From positions 6,081 through 70,080 of the forward strand of contig JAHYJC010000019.1 of assembly GCA_019429275.1 (NCBI GenBank): 64,000 nucleotides of DNA, written 5' to 3'. Under the pieces are notes generated by a model. It made no database searches and was not told the DNA's origin. It saw nothing but the letters and a program-made list of their open reading frames with translations. The translations under genes were made by a program, and so were the position numbers. Of the stretch, positions 8,588 to 20,048 are shown one piece after another (the stretch's first letter is position 1; each line of letters begins with the position of its first letter). This DNA is from Lentimicrobium sp. Lineage in GTDB: Bacteria; Bacteroidota; Bacteroidia; Bacteroidales; Lentimicrobiaceae.

Positions 8588-9739
8588 ATGAAATCGTATC
8601 AGTTTCTCATCTTCTTCAGCATTGTAACACTCGTTTATTCGGCGGTTAATTATTACATTTATCAAAGGGCAATGCAGGCGGTTCCTGTTGAAGCCAACTA
8701 CAGACTTTGGTTCCGGTGGGGTTTTATTCTGCTGGCCCTCACCTACTTTGCAGGCAGAATTCTCGAAAGGTATTATTTATCAATTTTCACCGATGTCCTT
8801 ACGTGGGTCGGATCATTCTGGCTGGCTGTAATGCTTTACGGATTTCTAATCGTACTGCTCGTTGATATTGTAAGGGTGGCTCATCATTTTACAGGTTTCC
8901 TGCCTGAATTTTTACAAACCGCACAAGCTAAAGCCAACATGCTCTATATCTCGATGATTGGCATAGCCGTGATTCTGATAGCCGGATACATAAATGCAAT
9001 CAGCCCCAAAACAAACAATCTCACAATCGATATCGACAAAAAGGCGGCAGGCTTAAAAGAGTTGAATATAGCCATGGCTTCCGACATTCACATGGGAACC
9101 CTCGTCGGCCCAAGGCGGGTTGGAAAACTGGTTGAAGCCTTAAATAAAATACAGCCTGACATCATACTGCTTGCGGGTGATATTGTTGATGAAGACCTTG
9201 CTCCGGTTATCAGACAAAACCTTGGAGAATCGCTGAAAAAGCTGAATGCTCCTTTGGGCATTTACGGAATTACCGGCAACCACGAATTTATTGGCGGAGC
9301 TGAACAGGCAGTTAAATATCTTGAAGATCACGGCATTACCATGCTTCGCGACAGTGTAATTAAAATTTCTGATGCTTTTTATGTTGCCGGCAGAGAGGAC
9401 CGGGCCAAAGGTGGCTTCAGTGGTAAAAATCGCAAAGAGATCAGGGAAATCCTTCAGGGTATCGACCTGAGTAAACCAGTGATATTATTAGACCATCAGC
9501 CTTACGACCTCCATCTGGCTGCTGAGGCTGGTGTTGATCTGCAACTTTCAGGGCACACACACCACGGCCAACTTTGGCCACTTAACTTCATAACCAGGGC
9601 TATTTACGAGTTGAGCACCGGATACCTGAAAAAAGGCAATGCTCATTTTTATGTTTCAACCGGATTTGGGGGTTGGGGACCGCCGGTTAGAACAGGTCAC
9701 CGGCCCGAAGTTGTAAATATCAGACTCAGGTTCAGATAA
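8588..9739 (+). CDS. membrane-anchored metallophosphoesterase (YkuE-like)
   Basis: N-terminal TM helices; SDIH, GDIVD, GNHE, LDH, SGHTHHGQ motifs. Confidence 0.92.
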   Translation: MKSYQFLIFFSIVTLVYSAVNYYIYQRAMQAVPVEANYRLWFRWGFILLALTYFAGRILERYYLSIFTDVLTWVGSFWLAVMLYGFLIVLLVDIVRVAHHFTGFLPEFLQTAQAKANMLYISMIGIAVILIAGYINAISPKTNNLTIDIDKKAAGLKELNIAMASDIHMGTLVGPRRVGKLVEALNKIQPDIILLAGDIVDEDLAPVIRQNLGESLKKLNAPLGIYGITGNHEFIGGAEQAVKYLEDHGITMLRDSVIKISDAFYVAGREDRAKGGFSGKNRKEIREILQGIDLSKPVILLDHQPYDLHLAAEAGVDLQLSGHTHHGQLWPLNFITRAIYELSTGYLKKGNAHFYVSTGFGGWGPPVRTGHRPEVVNIRLRFR

Positions 9740-9765
9740 TATCCTTTAACTTTTCAGGGTTTTCA

Positions 9766-9773
9766 TATTTTTG
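9766..9773 (+). promoter_or_regulatory. -7 promoter element (TATTTTTG)
   Basis: TAnnTTTG match 19 bp upstream of 9793. Confidence 0.5.
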
Positions 9774-9792
9774 CATACAACTGCAAAAAACT

Positions 9793-11394
9793 ATGGCCAA
9801 AACAAGAAAGTTCCCTCATACTTATGTGATCATTTTTTATTTGATTCTGATTGCGGCTTTCCTCACCTGGATCATTCCCGGAGGTAATTTTGATCGCACC
9901 ATAGTGGAAGTTGGGGGGATTGAGCGCGAAGTGATTGCTGACGACTCATTCTACTATGCAGAAAGCAATCCTCAGACCTGGCAGATTTTTTCGGCATTTT
10001 TTGATGGATTTGTCGATAAAGCCGATATCATTGTTTTTATACTCATGATAGGTGGAGCATTCTGGATTATGAACCAGAGCAAAGCCATTGATGTGGGAAT
10101 CCTGTCATTTTTAAAAAGGGCCAGGCGGCTAGAGGGCAACAAACCAATCAAAAGATTGGGAGTTGACAACATCATCATCACATTTATCGTCCTGCTTTTT
10201 AGTGTTTTCGGGGCTACTTTTGGCATGAGTGAAGAAACAATTGCCTTTGTAATTATTTTCGTTCCACTGGCCATCAGCATGGGATATGACTCAATAACAG
10301 GACTTTATGTTTGTTATGTTGCTGCATCGCTTGGCTTTGCGGGCGCCCTGCTCAATCCTTTTACCATTGGTATTGCGCAGGGCTTATCAAATCTACCGCT
10401 ATTTTCAGGTATAGAATATCGTTTCTTCTGCTGGGTGGTTATTAACATTGTCGGTATTATTTACATCCTCAGGTATATGAGGAAAATAAAAAATCATCCT
10501 GAAAAGTCACCTGTTTACGAAGAAGATGCACACTGGCGTGAACGTCATGAACAATCTCTCAAAAAAACCATATACCACACACCCAAATCTGCCTGGATAA
10601 GCTGGCTGATACTTTCCGCTATTTTTGCCTGGTGTGCTTTCGCATTTTCAACAACCCAACTTACCATTGGCAATTCATCTGTGACCTGGCCTATATTCCC
10701 GGTTATTGCCTTCGCATTTCTGATAAGCGGATTTCTATCATTGTTAAAATCGGTTCATTTCTTTATTCTTAACCTGCTGTCTTTTACTATTTTAATGCTG
10801 ATTGTTGGAGTAATGGGCTATGGTTGGTATGTAATGGAAATAGCGACTCTTTTCATGGCATTGGGAATTTTTTCAGGCATTTCTATGAATTACTCTCCAA
10901 ATACAATCACAAAACTTTTTCTCGACGGAGTAAAAGACATCATGGGTGCTGCGCTGGTTGTTGGATTGGCCGGTGGCATCATCATCATACTCGAAAATGG
11001 CCAGATCATAGATACACTCCTTCACAGTATATCAGGAGCTATGAAAGATATGGGCGACATTGCCACCATTGGAACCATGTATTTAATGCAAACTGCCATC
11101 AACATTTTTATTCCATCAGGCTCTGCCAAAGCAGCACTCACTATGCCTATTATGTCACAGTTTTCTGATCTTATCGGGTTATCGCGACAAGCTACAGTAA
11201 TGGCATTCCAGTTTGGCGATGGTTTTACGAATATGATCACCCCAACTTCGGGTGTTTTGATCGGAGCATTGGGTGTGGCTAAAATTCCTTTTAATAAATG
11301 GGTAAAATGGGTGGCTCCGCTTATGGTTATTCTTGTAATACTGGGATTCCTGTTGCTAATACCCACTGTAACTATGAAACTAAATGGATTCTGA
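9793..11394 (+). CDS. YfcC/DcuC family (C4-dicarboxylate anaerobic carrier-like) transporter
   Basis: FPHTYVIIF..TWIIPGG, GMSEETIAF, NPFTIGIAQ, PSGSAKA, AFQFGDGFTNMITPTSG. Confidence 0.9.
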   Translation: MAKTRKFPHTYVIIFYLILIAAFLTWIIPGGNFDRTIVEVGGIEREVIADDSFYYAESNPQTWQIFSAFFDGFVDKADIIVFILMIGGAFWIMNQSKAIDVGILSFLKRARRLEGNKPIKRLGVDNIIITFIVLLFSVFGATFGMSEETIAFVIIFVPLAISMGYDSITGLYVCYVAASLGFAGALLNPFTIGIAQGLSNLPLFSGIEYRFFCWVVINIVGIIYILRYMRKIKNHPEKSPVYEEDAHWRERHEQSLKKTIYHTPKSAWISWLILSAIFAWCAFAFSTTQLTIGNSSVTWPIFPVIAFAFLISGFLSLLKSVHFFILNLLSFTILMLIVGVMGYGWYVMEIATLFMALGIFSGISMNYSPNTITKLFLDGVKDIMGAALVVGLAGGIIIILENGQIIDTLLHSISGAMKDMGDIATIGTMYLMQTAINIFIPSGSAKAALTMPIMSQFSDLIGLSRQATVMAFQFGDGFTNMITPTSGVLIGALGVAKIPFNKWVKWVAPLMVILVILGFLLLIPTVTMKLNGF

Positions 11395-11872
11395 ATTAAA
11401 AGCATTTTTTGAAACCCCGATTGGTTTCATTGAGCTGACAGAAGTAAATGGATTGATTACCGGTTTGTATTTTCGCGATGGCAACCTGAAATCAATGATT
11501 CCTCCATCACTAAAGGAAGCAGTAAATCAGATAAATGCTTGGTTTGCAGGTGCAATAACAAACTTTACCCTTTCGGTTAATCCGGCAGGAACTCCATTTC
11601 AGAAAACAGTTTGGAATTTGCTCACCGGAATTCCTTTTGGTGAAACTGTTACGTATGGAGATATTGCGCGGAAACTTGGTTTAAAAAATGGTTCCAGGGC
11701 AGTAGGGATGGCAAATGGAGCAAATCCGGTTTCAATCATTATTCCCTGCCACCGCGTTATAGGTGCCGATGGAAAACTTACAGGTTACGGAGGCGGATTA
11801 TGGCGAAAAGAGTGGTTGCTGAAATTTGAAAAATCCAATCAAATCGGGGGATTGTTTGGACAGCTTGATTAA
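11384..11872 (+). CDS. ogt: methylated-DNA--protein-cysteine methyltransferase
   Basis: GTPFQKTVW, IPFGETVTYG, RAVGMANGANP, active site IIPCHRVIG; overlaps the upstream gene by 11 nt. Confidence 0.95.
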   Translation: MDSELKAFFETPIGFIELTEVNGLITGLYFRDGNLKSMIPPSLKEAVNQINAWFAGAITNFTLSVNPAGTPFQKTVWNLLTGIPFGETVTYGDIARKLGLKNGSRAVGMANGANPVSIIIPCHRVIGADGKLTGYGGGLWRKEWLLKFEKSNQIGGLFGQLD

Positions 11873-11965
11873 CCTTGCAAAAAACCGGTAAGAAATTACA
11901 AAGATGAATAAAAATGATCTTTCTGCCTGATTTATAGGCATATCCGCAAATCAATTAATCCGGAT

Positions 11966-11973
11966 TATCTTTG
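11966..11973 (+). promoter_or_regulatory. -7 promoter element (TATCTTTG) of the men operon
   Basis: TAnnTTTG match 17 bp upstream of the ATG at 11991. Confidence 0.55.
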
Positions 11974-11990
11974 ATAAAAAATTGACAGTT

Positions 11991-12416
11991 ATGCTGACCA
12001 GAATGACACTTGCTGAAATGAATGCCCTGAATTCCGGAACCTTAATGGAGCAATTGGGCATAGTCTATACTGAAATTGGTCCGGATTATCTCTGTGCCAC
12101 CATGCCGGTTGACCACCGCACAAAACAGCCTGCCGGCCTGCTTCATGGTGGGGCTTCAGCGGCACTTGCCGAAACATTGGGAAGCATGGGTTCAATGTCG
12201 GTAGTGGAGCTTCAAAAACAGTACATTGTTGGCATTGAAATCAATGCAAACCACATCAGAAAAGTTACTGAGGGGATGGTACACGGAAAGGCAACACTTA
12301 TTATGCGGTCCAGAAAGTTACATATCTGGGAAATAAAAATTCATAACGATGCAGGAGCACTGGTTTGTCTGTCCCGTCATACAATCATGGTATTAGATAA
12401 ACAGACAAATGAGTAA
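11991..12416 (+). CDS. menI: hotdog-fold thioesterase, probable DHNA-CoA thioesterase
   Basis: MPVDHRTKQPAGLLHGGASAALAET; first gene of the men cluster; ATG at 11991 preferred over TTG at 11982. Confidence 0.82.
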   Translation: MLTRMTLAEMNALNSGTLMEQLGIVYTEIGPDYLCATMPVDHRTKQPAGLLHGGASAALAETLGSMGSMSVVELQKQYIVGIEINANHIRKVTEGMVHGKATLIMRSRKLHIWEIKIHNDAGALVCLSRHTIMVLDKQTNE

Positions 12417-13533
12417 AATCAGTCAGACTTTTGAAGATATGCAGAGCCTTCAGCGTTTCTTAATAAGCCATGGGGTGCCTTTTGCCTCTTACAGGCTTCC
12501 CGGAGAAGCGGTTCCTGTAACAATTATTTCTGATGGCAGTTTTTCAAAATATTCATCCATCAAAAATGCCCTTGATGAAGAAAATGGATTTGTAATGGCT
12601 CCATTTTATCCTGATGATGAAATATATTTTTTAAAGGCTCATTATTCGGTTTCGGGTGTCAGGTTTAGCCCGTTTTCAATTGTAATTCCTGATGGCAGGC
12701 TGAATTTGGCTGCATCAGAAAGCCAAGCGGCTGTTGCAATAACCTACAAAGCTGACATTCAGTCTGTTATCAACACCATTAAACAAGGAAAAGCTAAAAA
12801 GGTAGTAATTTCCAGAGTAATTGAAAATAAAGATCTTACAACCAACAAAGTACCCATCCTGTATGATCTGCTCCTGAATTCACAGTCTGAATCATTTGTT
12901 TATTTAGCATATTTTCCGGGGGCCGGTCTTTGGGCAGGCGCAAGCCCCGAGTTGCTTTTCAGATCTGACAAAAACAGGGTTTTTACAGTTGCACTTGCCG
13001 GAACTCAGAAAGCAAGCCATCAGGCAAACTGGAAACAAAAAGAGCGGGATGAACAGGAATGGGTTAAACAATATATTTACGACTGCCTGAAAGCATCCGG
13101 ATGCGGCCAGATTCAGATTTCAGAAACAAAAACAGTGAAGGCCGGAAATGCCATTCACCTGAAAACAGAATTTGAAGCAGAAGCCGATCCCCGATTATTT
13201 CCTTCTATCATCGAATCGCTGCACCCGACACCTGCCGTTTGCGGCTGGCCCGATGAGACAGCATTGCAAATCATCAGTAAAACAGAAAATTACGACAGGG
13301 AATTTTACACCGGATACCTTGGCCCGGTTTACTCCGGAAATAAAATATCATTGTATGTGAATCTGAGGTGCTTACAGGTTCTGAAAAATAAGACACTGAT
13401 TTATGCCGGTGGTGGAATTACAGCAGATTCTGACCCTGAAAAAGAATGGGAAGAAACTGAACTCAAAAGCAGGAATATGTTGTCTGCCATTGAAAAAATA
13501 CTGAATTTAGCATCTGATTCCGAAACACTCTAA
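12409..13533 (+). CDS. menF: isochorismate synthase
   Basis: KKVVISR, GASPELL, ALAGT, KERDEQ, LHPTPAVCG, YAGGGIT..S.PEKEWEETELK; men cluster context. Confidence 0.92.
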   Translation: MSKISQTFEDMQSLQRFLISHGVPFASYRLPGEAVPVTIISDGSFSKYSSIKNALDEENGFVMAPFYPDDEIYFLKAHYSVSGVRFSPFSIVIPDGRLNLAASESQAAVAITYKADIQSVINTIKQGKAKKVVISRVIENKDLTTNKVPILYDLLLNSQSESFVYLAYFPGAGLWAGASPELLFRSDKNRVFTVALAGTQKASHQANWKQKERDEQEWVKQYIYDCLKASGCGQIQISETKTVKAGNAIHLKTEFEAEADPRLFPSIIESLHPTPAVCGWPDETALQIISKTENYDREFYTGYLGPVYSGNKISLYVNLRCLQVLKNKTLIYAGGGITADSDPEKEWEETELKSRNMLSAIEKILNLASDSETL

Positions 13534-13534
13534 A

Positions 13535-15226
13535 ATGAAGAATAATCAATTGCACCTTTTGGCCGATATACTTCATCAAAAAGGTATTTCAAGAGTAGTG
13601 GCTTCTCCTGGTTCACGAAATGCACCAGCCATTGTAATTTTGAACAGGCATCCCGGATTGGTACTAAAAAGTGTTATTGACGAACGAAGTGCCGGATTTT
13701 TTGCTTTGGGAATGGCGCAGCAATTGAAAGAAACGGTTGCATTGCTTTGCACATCTGGTTCTGCTGCTTTAAATTATGCTCCTGCTGTTGCTGAAGCTTA
13801 TTATCAAAAAATACCGCTTCTGGTGATTACAGCAGACCGGCCTGAAGAATGGATAGATCAGGGAGACGGCCAAACCATCCGGCAGCAGAATTTATTTAAC
13901 GGATACGTTCGAAAATCCTTTCATCTGCCTCAGCAGGCAAGCGAAAAGAACATTCGCTGGCATTTTGAACGGTCACTTTGCGAAGCCATTGACCGCACCC
14001 AATTTCCTGCTCCGGGACCAGTGCATGTGAACTTGCCGCTTTCAGAGCCTCTATATGATATTGAATGGCCCGAAAAAACTGAAGAAACAAGGTATCCATC
14101 AATTGTAAAGAGTGTTTCACTTACATCTGCCAATGATTTGGATTATCTTGGCGGAATCTGGAATACGACAACTTCAAAAATGATCGTTGTTGGTCAGTTG
14201 CCACCTGACGAAAGATTAAAAGAGCTCCTCTCCCACTTTTCAGATGATCCATCGGTTATTATTTTAACAGAAACCACAGCCAATATTTTCATTCCTGATA
14301 CCATTTCTTGCATTGACAGAACCATTGAATTGCTTGAACCGGATGAATTAATAAAATTCAGACCTGATCTTTTGCTAAGTCTTGGCGGTGCCGTTGTTTC
14401 AAAAAAGGTAAAAACCTTGCTGCGACAGATGAAACCAACTCATCATTGGCACATTAATCCTGATACCGATGATTTTCATCTCGACACTTACCAATCACTC
14501 ACTTACACAATACCTTCTGACCCGATCACATTCATCGGGCAATTGATAAGTGTTGGAAAAAAAACAGAAAGTAATTACAAAAAAATATGGCTTGACAGAA
14601 GCAGAAGGCATGCTGAACGACATGAGCATTTCCTGCATAAAACACCTTACAGCGACCTTAGCGTTTATCACAGCCTTTTTAGTGCGATACCCCGTAACAG
14701 TCATCTGCACCTTGGTAACAGCACTCCCGTGAGGTATGCGCAGCTTTTTGAGGAGGCTTCAGAATTTGTGTGCTGGTCAAACAGAGGCACAAGCGGAATT
14801 GACGGATGTGTTTCAACAGCAGCAGGAGCTGCAGAAATCTGTAATTTTCCAATTGTAGTAATTACTGGTGACATCGGCTTTTTGTACGACAGCAACGCGC
14901 TATGGAACAGCAATTTGTCGCCCCGACTTCGGATTGTTCTGATCAACAATGGAGGAGGAAATATTTTCAGGGTAATACCCGGCCCCGATAAATATGATGA
15001 ACTTGAAACGCTGATTGAAACCGGACACGAACTTAATGTGAAAGGAATTGCCACTACTTTCGGTTTAAGCTACTTTGAGGCCCATTCGCAAGTGGAACTT
15101 GATCAGAGGCTTCCTGAATTTTTTAATATTGAAAAAAACAACAAACCTGCATTGATTGAAGTTTTTACCTCTAACAAAATTAGTGCTCAGGTGTTGAAAG
15201 ATTACTTTAAAAATATCGCGTTATGA
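13535..15226 (+). CDS. menD: SEPHCHC synthase
   Basis: [54 protein letters not shown]. Confidence 0.96.
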   Translation: MKNNQLHLLADILHQKGISRVVASPGSRNAPAIVILNRHPGLVLKSVIDERSAGFFALGMAQQLKETVALLCTSGSAALNYAPAVAEAYYQKIPLLVITADRPEEWIDQGDGQTIRQQNLFNGYVRKSFHLPQQASEKNIRWHFERSLCEAIDRTQFPAPGPVHVNLPLSEPLYDIEWPEKTEETRYPSIVKSVSLTSANDLDYLGGIWNTTTSKMIVVGQLPPDERLKELLSHFSDDPSVIILTETTANIFIPDTISCIDRTIELLEPDELIKFRPDLLLSLGGAVVSKKVKTLLRQMKPTHHWHINPDTDDFHLDTYQSLTYTIPSDPITFIGQLISVGKKTESNYKKIWLDRSRRHAERHEHFLHKTPYSDLSVYHSLFSAIPRNSHLHLGNSTPVRYAQLFEEASEFVCWSNRGTSGIDGCVSTAAGAAEICNFPIVVITGDIGFLYDSNALWNSNLSPRLRIVLINNGGGNIFRVIPGPDKYDELETLIETGHELNVKGIATTFGLSYFEAHSQVELDQRLPEFFNIEKNNKPALIEVFTSNKISAQVLKDYFKNIAL

Positions 15227-16047
15227 AAATTACACGGAACTGGACAGCCATAAAAGATTACGAAGAAATTAAATTTGACTTTTTTGAAGGCATAGCCCGC
15301 ATCACCATCAACAGGCCCCGTTACAGGAATGCATTTACGCCCGACACCATAAAAGAAATGATAGATGCCATGCAATATTGCCGCGAAGCCGATAATGTTG
15401 GAGTGGTTGTAATTACCGGTGAAGGCGATAAAGCCTTTTGCAGTGGAGGCGATCAGAACATTAAAGGGCACGGAGGTTATGTTGGAAAGGACGGAATACC
15501 GAGGCTGAATGTTCTGGATTTACAAAAGCTTATCCGTTCGCTTCCTAAACCAGTGGTGGCAATGGTAAACGGATATGCTATTGGTGGTGGCCATGTGTTG
15601 CATGTGGTATGTGATCTTTCCATTGCATCAGACAATGCCATTTTTGGCCAAACCGGCCCGAAAGTCGGTAGTTTTGACGGTGGATTTGGCTCGTCATACC
15701 TGGCCAGAATAGTGGGCCAGAAAAAGGCGCGTGAAATCTGGTTCCTCTGCAGGCAGTATTCGGCCCAGGAAGCACTTGATATGGGACTGGTCAATAAAGT
15801 TGTTCCTTTCGATCAACTCGAAGATGAGGTAGTTGATTGGTGCAAAACCATGATGAAACGGAGTCCACTTGCTCTGCGTATGCTAAAACTGGCCTTGAAT
15901 GCCGAACTCGATGGACAGGCCGGGCTGCAGGAACTTGCCGGTAATGCAACACTGCTTTACTATCTGACCGAAGAAGCCCTGGAAGGCAAACGTGCGTTTC
16001 TGGAAAAAAGGGAACCCGATTTTCAAAAATTTCCAAAATTTCCTTAA
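15223..16047 (+). CDS. menB: 1,4-dihydroxy-2-naphthoyl-CoA synthase
   Basis: [42 protein letters not shown]; ATGA overlap with menD. Confidence 0.97.
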   Translation: MKITRNWTAIKDYEEIKFDFFEGIARITINRPRYRNAFTPDTIKEMIDAMQYCREADNVGVVVITGEGDKAFCSGGDQNIKGHGGYVGKDGIPRLNVLDLQKLIRSLPKPVVAMVNGYAIGGGHVLHVVCDLSIASDNAIFGQTGPKVGSFDGGFGSSYLARIVGQKKAREIWFLCRQYSAQEALDMGLVNKVVPFDQLEDEVVDWCKTMMKRSPLALRMLKLALNAELDGQAGLQELAGNATLLYYLTEEALEGKRAFLEKREPDFQKFPKFP

Positions 16048-16117
16048 GGCTAACCCCTTCTGATAAAACGAAGTAAATCATTTAACAAAAATTTTAATAC
16101 CTTGATACTGTACAATA

Positions 16118-17026
16118 TTGAAAACCAATAAATTAAAAGCCTGGCTGCATGCGGCACGACTCCGCACCCTCCCTCTGGCCTTCTCAAGTTCTCTCATGGG
16201 GAGTTTCCTTGCTTATCATACCGGCCGGTTTAAGTGGGATGTTTTCGGCCTGGCGCTTTTAACCACACTTTTTTTACAGGTACTTAGCAACCTGGCCAAC
16301 GATTACGGAGATTCAGTAAACGGAGCCGATAATGAAGAAAGAGTCGGCCCAAAGCGTTCCGTTCAAAGCGGAGACATTAGTCTTAAAGAAATGAAGTTTG
16401 CTGTAATTATGACTTCAGTATTTGCATTGATTTCCGGAATATTACTTATTGGCTCAGGCATTGGCTTTGGTTTTTCTCAAAACTGGATTTTCCTGCTTTT
16501 GCTGGGATTCGTGGCTCTGGCGGCAGCCATCATGTACACCGCCGGTTCAAAACCTTATGGTTATGTGGGACTAGGCGACCCCTTTGTTTTTATGTTTTTT
16601 GGGTTGGCAGGTGTTTTAGGAACATATTTCCTGCATACCTTAACGCTGAAACCTGATTTGCTTTTTCCGGCATCGGCCACCGGACTTTTAAGTACCGCTG
16701 TATTGAATCTCAATAATATGCGCGACATTAAAGGCGATGCGCTTTCCGGAAAACTTACCATTGTTGTTATGCTTGGTAGTAAATGGGCAAAGGTTTACCA
16801 TGCTGGATTAATAGTTATTGCCTTGTTTTCACTCGTAATATATACTTTTCTGAATTTTAAAACTCCTCTGCAATTTCTGTTTTTGCTAACCATTTTGATT
16901 TTCGCTAAACATCTTTCCGTGGTTTTCAGCAATCAAACACCCGCTGAACTGGATCCGGAACTCAAAAAACTTTCAATAGCTACTTTTTTTACAGTGATCA
17001 TTTTCGGCCTTACCCTGATTGTTTAA
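16118..17026 (+). CDS. menA: DHNA polyprenyltransferase
   Basis: AARLRTLPL, SNLANDYGD, NLNNMRDIKGD; TTG start. Confidence 0.95.
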   Translation: MKTNKLKAWLHAARLRTLPLAFSSSLMGSFLAYHTGRFKWDVFGLALLTTLFLQVLSNLANDYGDSVNGADNEERVGPKRSVQSGDISLKEMKFAVIMTSVFALISGILLIGSGIGFGFSQNWIFLLLLGFVALAAAIMYTAGSKPYGYVGLGDPFVFMFFGLAGVLGTYFLHTLTLKPDLLFPASATGLLSTAVLNLNNMRDIKGDALSGKLTIVVMLGSKWAKVYHAGLIVIALFSLVIYTFLNFKTPLQFLFLLTILIFAKHLSVVFSNQTPAELDPELKKLSIATFFTVIIFGLTLIV

Positions 17027-17028
17027 CC

Positions 17029-18096
17029 ATGCTTAAGGCAACCTATCATAGACATACGCTTTTTTTCCGAAAACCGGCCGGAACTTCGCGTGGTGTTTTG
17101 CTTCATCGGAATGCTTATTTCTTATTGATAGCTGACAATGGCATCGATCCGGTTTATGGTATTGGAGAATGTGGCACCATTCCTGGACTAAGTTTTGACG
17201 ATAAACCAGATTATGAAAGCGCCATTGAACTGCTGTGTCGTGAATTGAACCGCGGAAATACGATCAAAAAACAATGGCTGGAGAATTGGCCTTCGATTGC
17301 ATTTGCCTTTGAAACAGCATTGCTGGATTTAAAGCAAGGCGGTAATAAGTTATTGTTTAACACAACTTTTTCTACCGGCCAGAAGCCATTGCCAATAAAC
17401 GGATTGATATGGATGGGCAATCCTGACGAAATGCTTCAACAAATTGACGAAAAAATTGCTTCAGGATTTTCAGTAATTAAAATAAAAGTAGGTGCCATTG
17501 ATTTTAACGAAGAATTAAACCTGATCAGGCATATTCGCAGCCATTTTCCGGAAAAACAAATCACCATACGGCTGGATGCCAATGGGGCATTTGAAACTAC
17601 TGATGCAATAAAAAAAATAGAAAAGCTTTCTGCCTTTTCAATTCATAGCATTGAACAGCCCATAAAAGCCGGAAATATAAAAGCCATGGCAGACCTATGC
17701 AGAAATTCTGCCATCCCCATTGCTCTGGACGAGGAATTGATAGGAATAACCAATCCGGCTACTCGTGAAAAACTGATAGAAACCATTCTTCCACAGTATA
17801 TCATATTAAAACCTACATTATTAGGAGGTTTTGAAAACTCAGAAGCATGGATCAGGCATGCAGAAACCTACGGTGCAGGCTGGTGGATAACCTCAGCCCT
17901 TGAGTCAAACATTGGGTTGAATGCCATAGCCCAATGGACAGCAACACTAAACAATCCTCTTCCACAGGGCCTTGGAACCGGATCACTTTACACCAATAAC
18001 ATTCCATCACCGCTAAAAGTTGAAGACGGGTTTTTGCATTACAAACCTGAGCAGCCATGGGATTTATCACTTACAGGTATTAAAAAGATCAATTAA
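17029..18096 (+). CDS. menC: o-succinylbenzoate synthase
   Basis: Enolase-superfamily KIKVG, RLDANGAF, SIEQP, ALDEE, ILKP, SALES. Confidence 0.93.
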   Translation: MLKATYHRHTLFFRKPAGTSRGVLLHRNAYFLLIADNGIDPVYGIGECGTIPGLSFDDKPDYESAIELLCRELNRGNTIKKQWLENWPSIAFAFETALLDLKQGGNKLLFNTTFSTGQKPLPINGLIWMGNPDEMLQQIDEKIASGFSVIKIKVGAIDFNEELNLIRHIRSHFPEKQITIRLDANGAFETTDAIKKIEKLSAFSIHSIEQPIKAGNIKAMADLCRNSAIPIALDEELIGITNPATREKLIETILPQYIILKPTLLGGFENSEAWIRHAETYGAGWWITSALESNIGLNAIAQWTATLNNPLPQGLGTGSLYTNNIPSPLKVEDGFLHYKPEQPWDLSLTGIKKIN

Positions 18097-18103
18097 TGCA
18101 GAT

Positions 18104-19201
18104 ATGAATATTCCCAGTTCACTCATAATAGGCAACAAGTACCATCAGGCTGGTGGGTTGAGGGAATACGCAAATGCATTGGCAAATGGCAATGAAACAT
18201 GGCAAAAGGATGTTGGGAATTTCCTGCTTGCCTGGCTTTCGCCAACACCTGAAATTTCTGTTCAAACGTCAGGTTCAACAGGCACTCCCCGCTTTATAAG
18301 TCACACCAAAGCAGCAATGATTGAATCGGCGAAAGCCACCGGCCAAATGCTGAAACTTGAAGCCGGACAAACTGCCCTGCTTTGCCTTTCAGCCAATACA
18401 ATTGCCGGGATGATGATGATGGTTAGGGCAATGGTTTTTCAAATGAATCTTATGATTGTAAAACCTTCAGCCCATCCTCTTAGTGAGATTAGGGAAAGCA
18501 TAATTCCTGATTTTGCGGCTATGGTTCCCGTTCAGGTTTATAACAGCCTGAAAAGCAAAAATGAATTCACTATACTTTCTAAAATCGGAAATCTGATTAT
18601 AGGAGGCGGTGAAATCAGCAAATCGCTCGAGGATGAACTTATAGATTTCCCCAATGCGCTCTTTGCCACTTTCGGAATGACCGAAACCATTACTCATATT
18701 GCCCTCAGGCAGCTAAACGGTGAAAACAGGTCTGCATTTTTCAGGGTGTTGCCCGGAATTTCAATATCAACCGATGAACGGAACTGCCTGTTGATTGATG
18801 CACCCAGAATTAGGCCTGGCAGAATTATTACCAATGATTTGGTTGAAATGATAGCATCAGACAAATTTATATGGCTGGGGCGTTACGACAATGTGATCAA
18901 CCGTGGCGGGCTGAAAATAATTCCCGAGTTGATTGAAAATAAAATTGCTGGCGAAATCAAAAACCGTTTTTTTGTTACAGGTATTGCTGATGAAAAATAT
19001 GGTCAGATTCCTGTATTGGTAATTGAATCAGCGGCTTTTGAAAAACAGGAAGAAGAAATCCTGTTGAAAAAATTACAATCACTGGTTCAAAAATCTTTGT
19101 TGCCGATAAAAATATTTACTGTAAAATCATTTACTGAAACGCATAGTGGTAAAGTCAATAGAGGTAAAACACTTCAAAAATCAGGAATACAGGGCTTTTA
19201 G
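18104..19201 (+). CDS. menE: O-succinylbenzoate-CoA ligase (short Bacteroidota type)
   Basis: QTSGSTGTP, TFGMTET, TNDLV, LGRYDNVINRGG; start moved to the first ATG after the menC stop. Confidence 0.88.
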   Translation: MNIPSSLIIGNKYHQAGGLREYANALANGNETWQKDVGNFLLAWLSPTPEISVQTSGSTGTPRFISHTKAAMIESAKATGQMLKLEAGQTALLCLSANTIAGMMMMVRAMVFQMNLMIVKPSAHPLSEIRESIIPDFAAMVPVQVYNSLKSKNEFTILSKIGNLIIGGGEISKSLEDELIDFPNALFATFGMTETITHIALRQLNGENRSAFFRVLPGISISTDERNCLLIDAPRIRPGRIITNDLVEMIASDKFIWLGRYDNVINRGGLKIIPELIENKIAGEIKNRFFVTGIADEKYGQIPVLVIESAAFEKQEEEILLKKLQSLVQKSLLPIKIFTVKSFTETHSGKVNRGKTLQKSGIQGF

Positions 19202-19258
19202 AGTGAATAAAACTATAAAAACCACTTAATGATTCAAACAGGTAAAGGAAGGGAAGAT

Positions 19259-19960
19259 TTATTTCAGGCCTTTAACATTCGGAGCGCCGGCAACAAAATC
19301 CTTCAGATAATAAGGCTCAAAATAGGCTATGTCCTCAAAAATCCCGGCATTGAATTTCGACTGAGCCAGGCCAGGCATAAAAGATGAAGAGGCCTTGAAG
19401 TTTTCAATAAACCTGAAATTTGGATGAATCAGAACGTTTCTGCATTTTTCGGCTCCATCTCCAGCAAAATAAATAATGTGACTGCCAATGAATTCACTGA
19501 ATGTGCTTTCATCAATAACGGCAGCATAAACCGGTTTAACTTCCTGTTGATTTTCGTTGAAAAGGCCGGTGTAAACCTCCATTCTGCGGGCATCGATCAT
19601 GGGAGCAAAAAGCACAGGAAGGTTTTCTACATTTTTACATTTTTGGCGCATACCCTTGGCCATTGCTTCGGCAGTTCCTATTGAAATCAAAGGTATGTTA
19701 AGCCCCCAGCAAATGCCTTTGGCTGTCGAAACCCCAATCCGAAGTCCGGTATATGAGCCGGGTCCTTTGCTCACAGCCACCGCATCCAAATCGGCAGGTT
19801 TATGCCCGCAATCTTTCAACATCTCATCAATAAACACATTGAGCACCTGCGAATGTGAATTTTTGTCGCTGGTTTCTCTGATAGCCATTATTTGGCCTTC
19901 CCTAACCAAAGCTACACTGCAAACGGGTGTGGCTGTTTCGATCAGTAAAATCATTGACAT
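19259..19960 (-). CDS. tsaB: tRNA t6A biosynthesis protein TsaB
   Basis: LLIETATPVCSVAL, GPGSYTGLRIGVSTAKG, MIDARRMEVY, FEPYYLKDF. Confidence 0.96.
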   Translation of the reverse strand: MSMILLIETATPVCSVALVREGQIMAIRETSDKNSHSQVLNVFIDEMLKDCGHKPADLDAVAVSKGPGSYTGLRIGVSTAKGICWGLNIPLISIGTAEAMAKGMRQKCKNVENLPVLFAPMIDARRMEVYTGLFNENQQEVKPVYAAVIDESTFSEFIGSHIIYFAGDGAEKCRNVLIHPNFRFIENFKASSSFMPGLAQSKFNAGIFEDIAYFEPYYLKDFVAGAPNVKGLK

Positions 19961-20048
19961 AGGATTTCAGGCATAACCTGGTTTTAAAAAGTAAAGGGTG
20001 GCTTTTGAATTTTGAACTGACTTTTATCAGGAAGGAATAAATGAAAGT

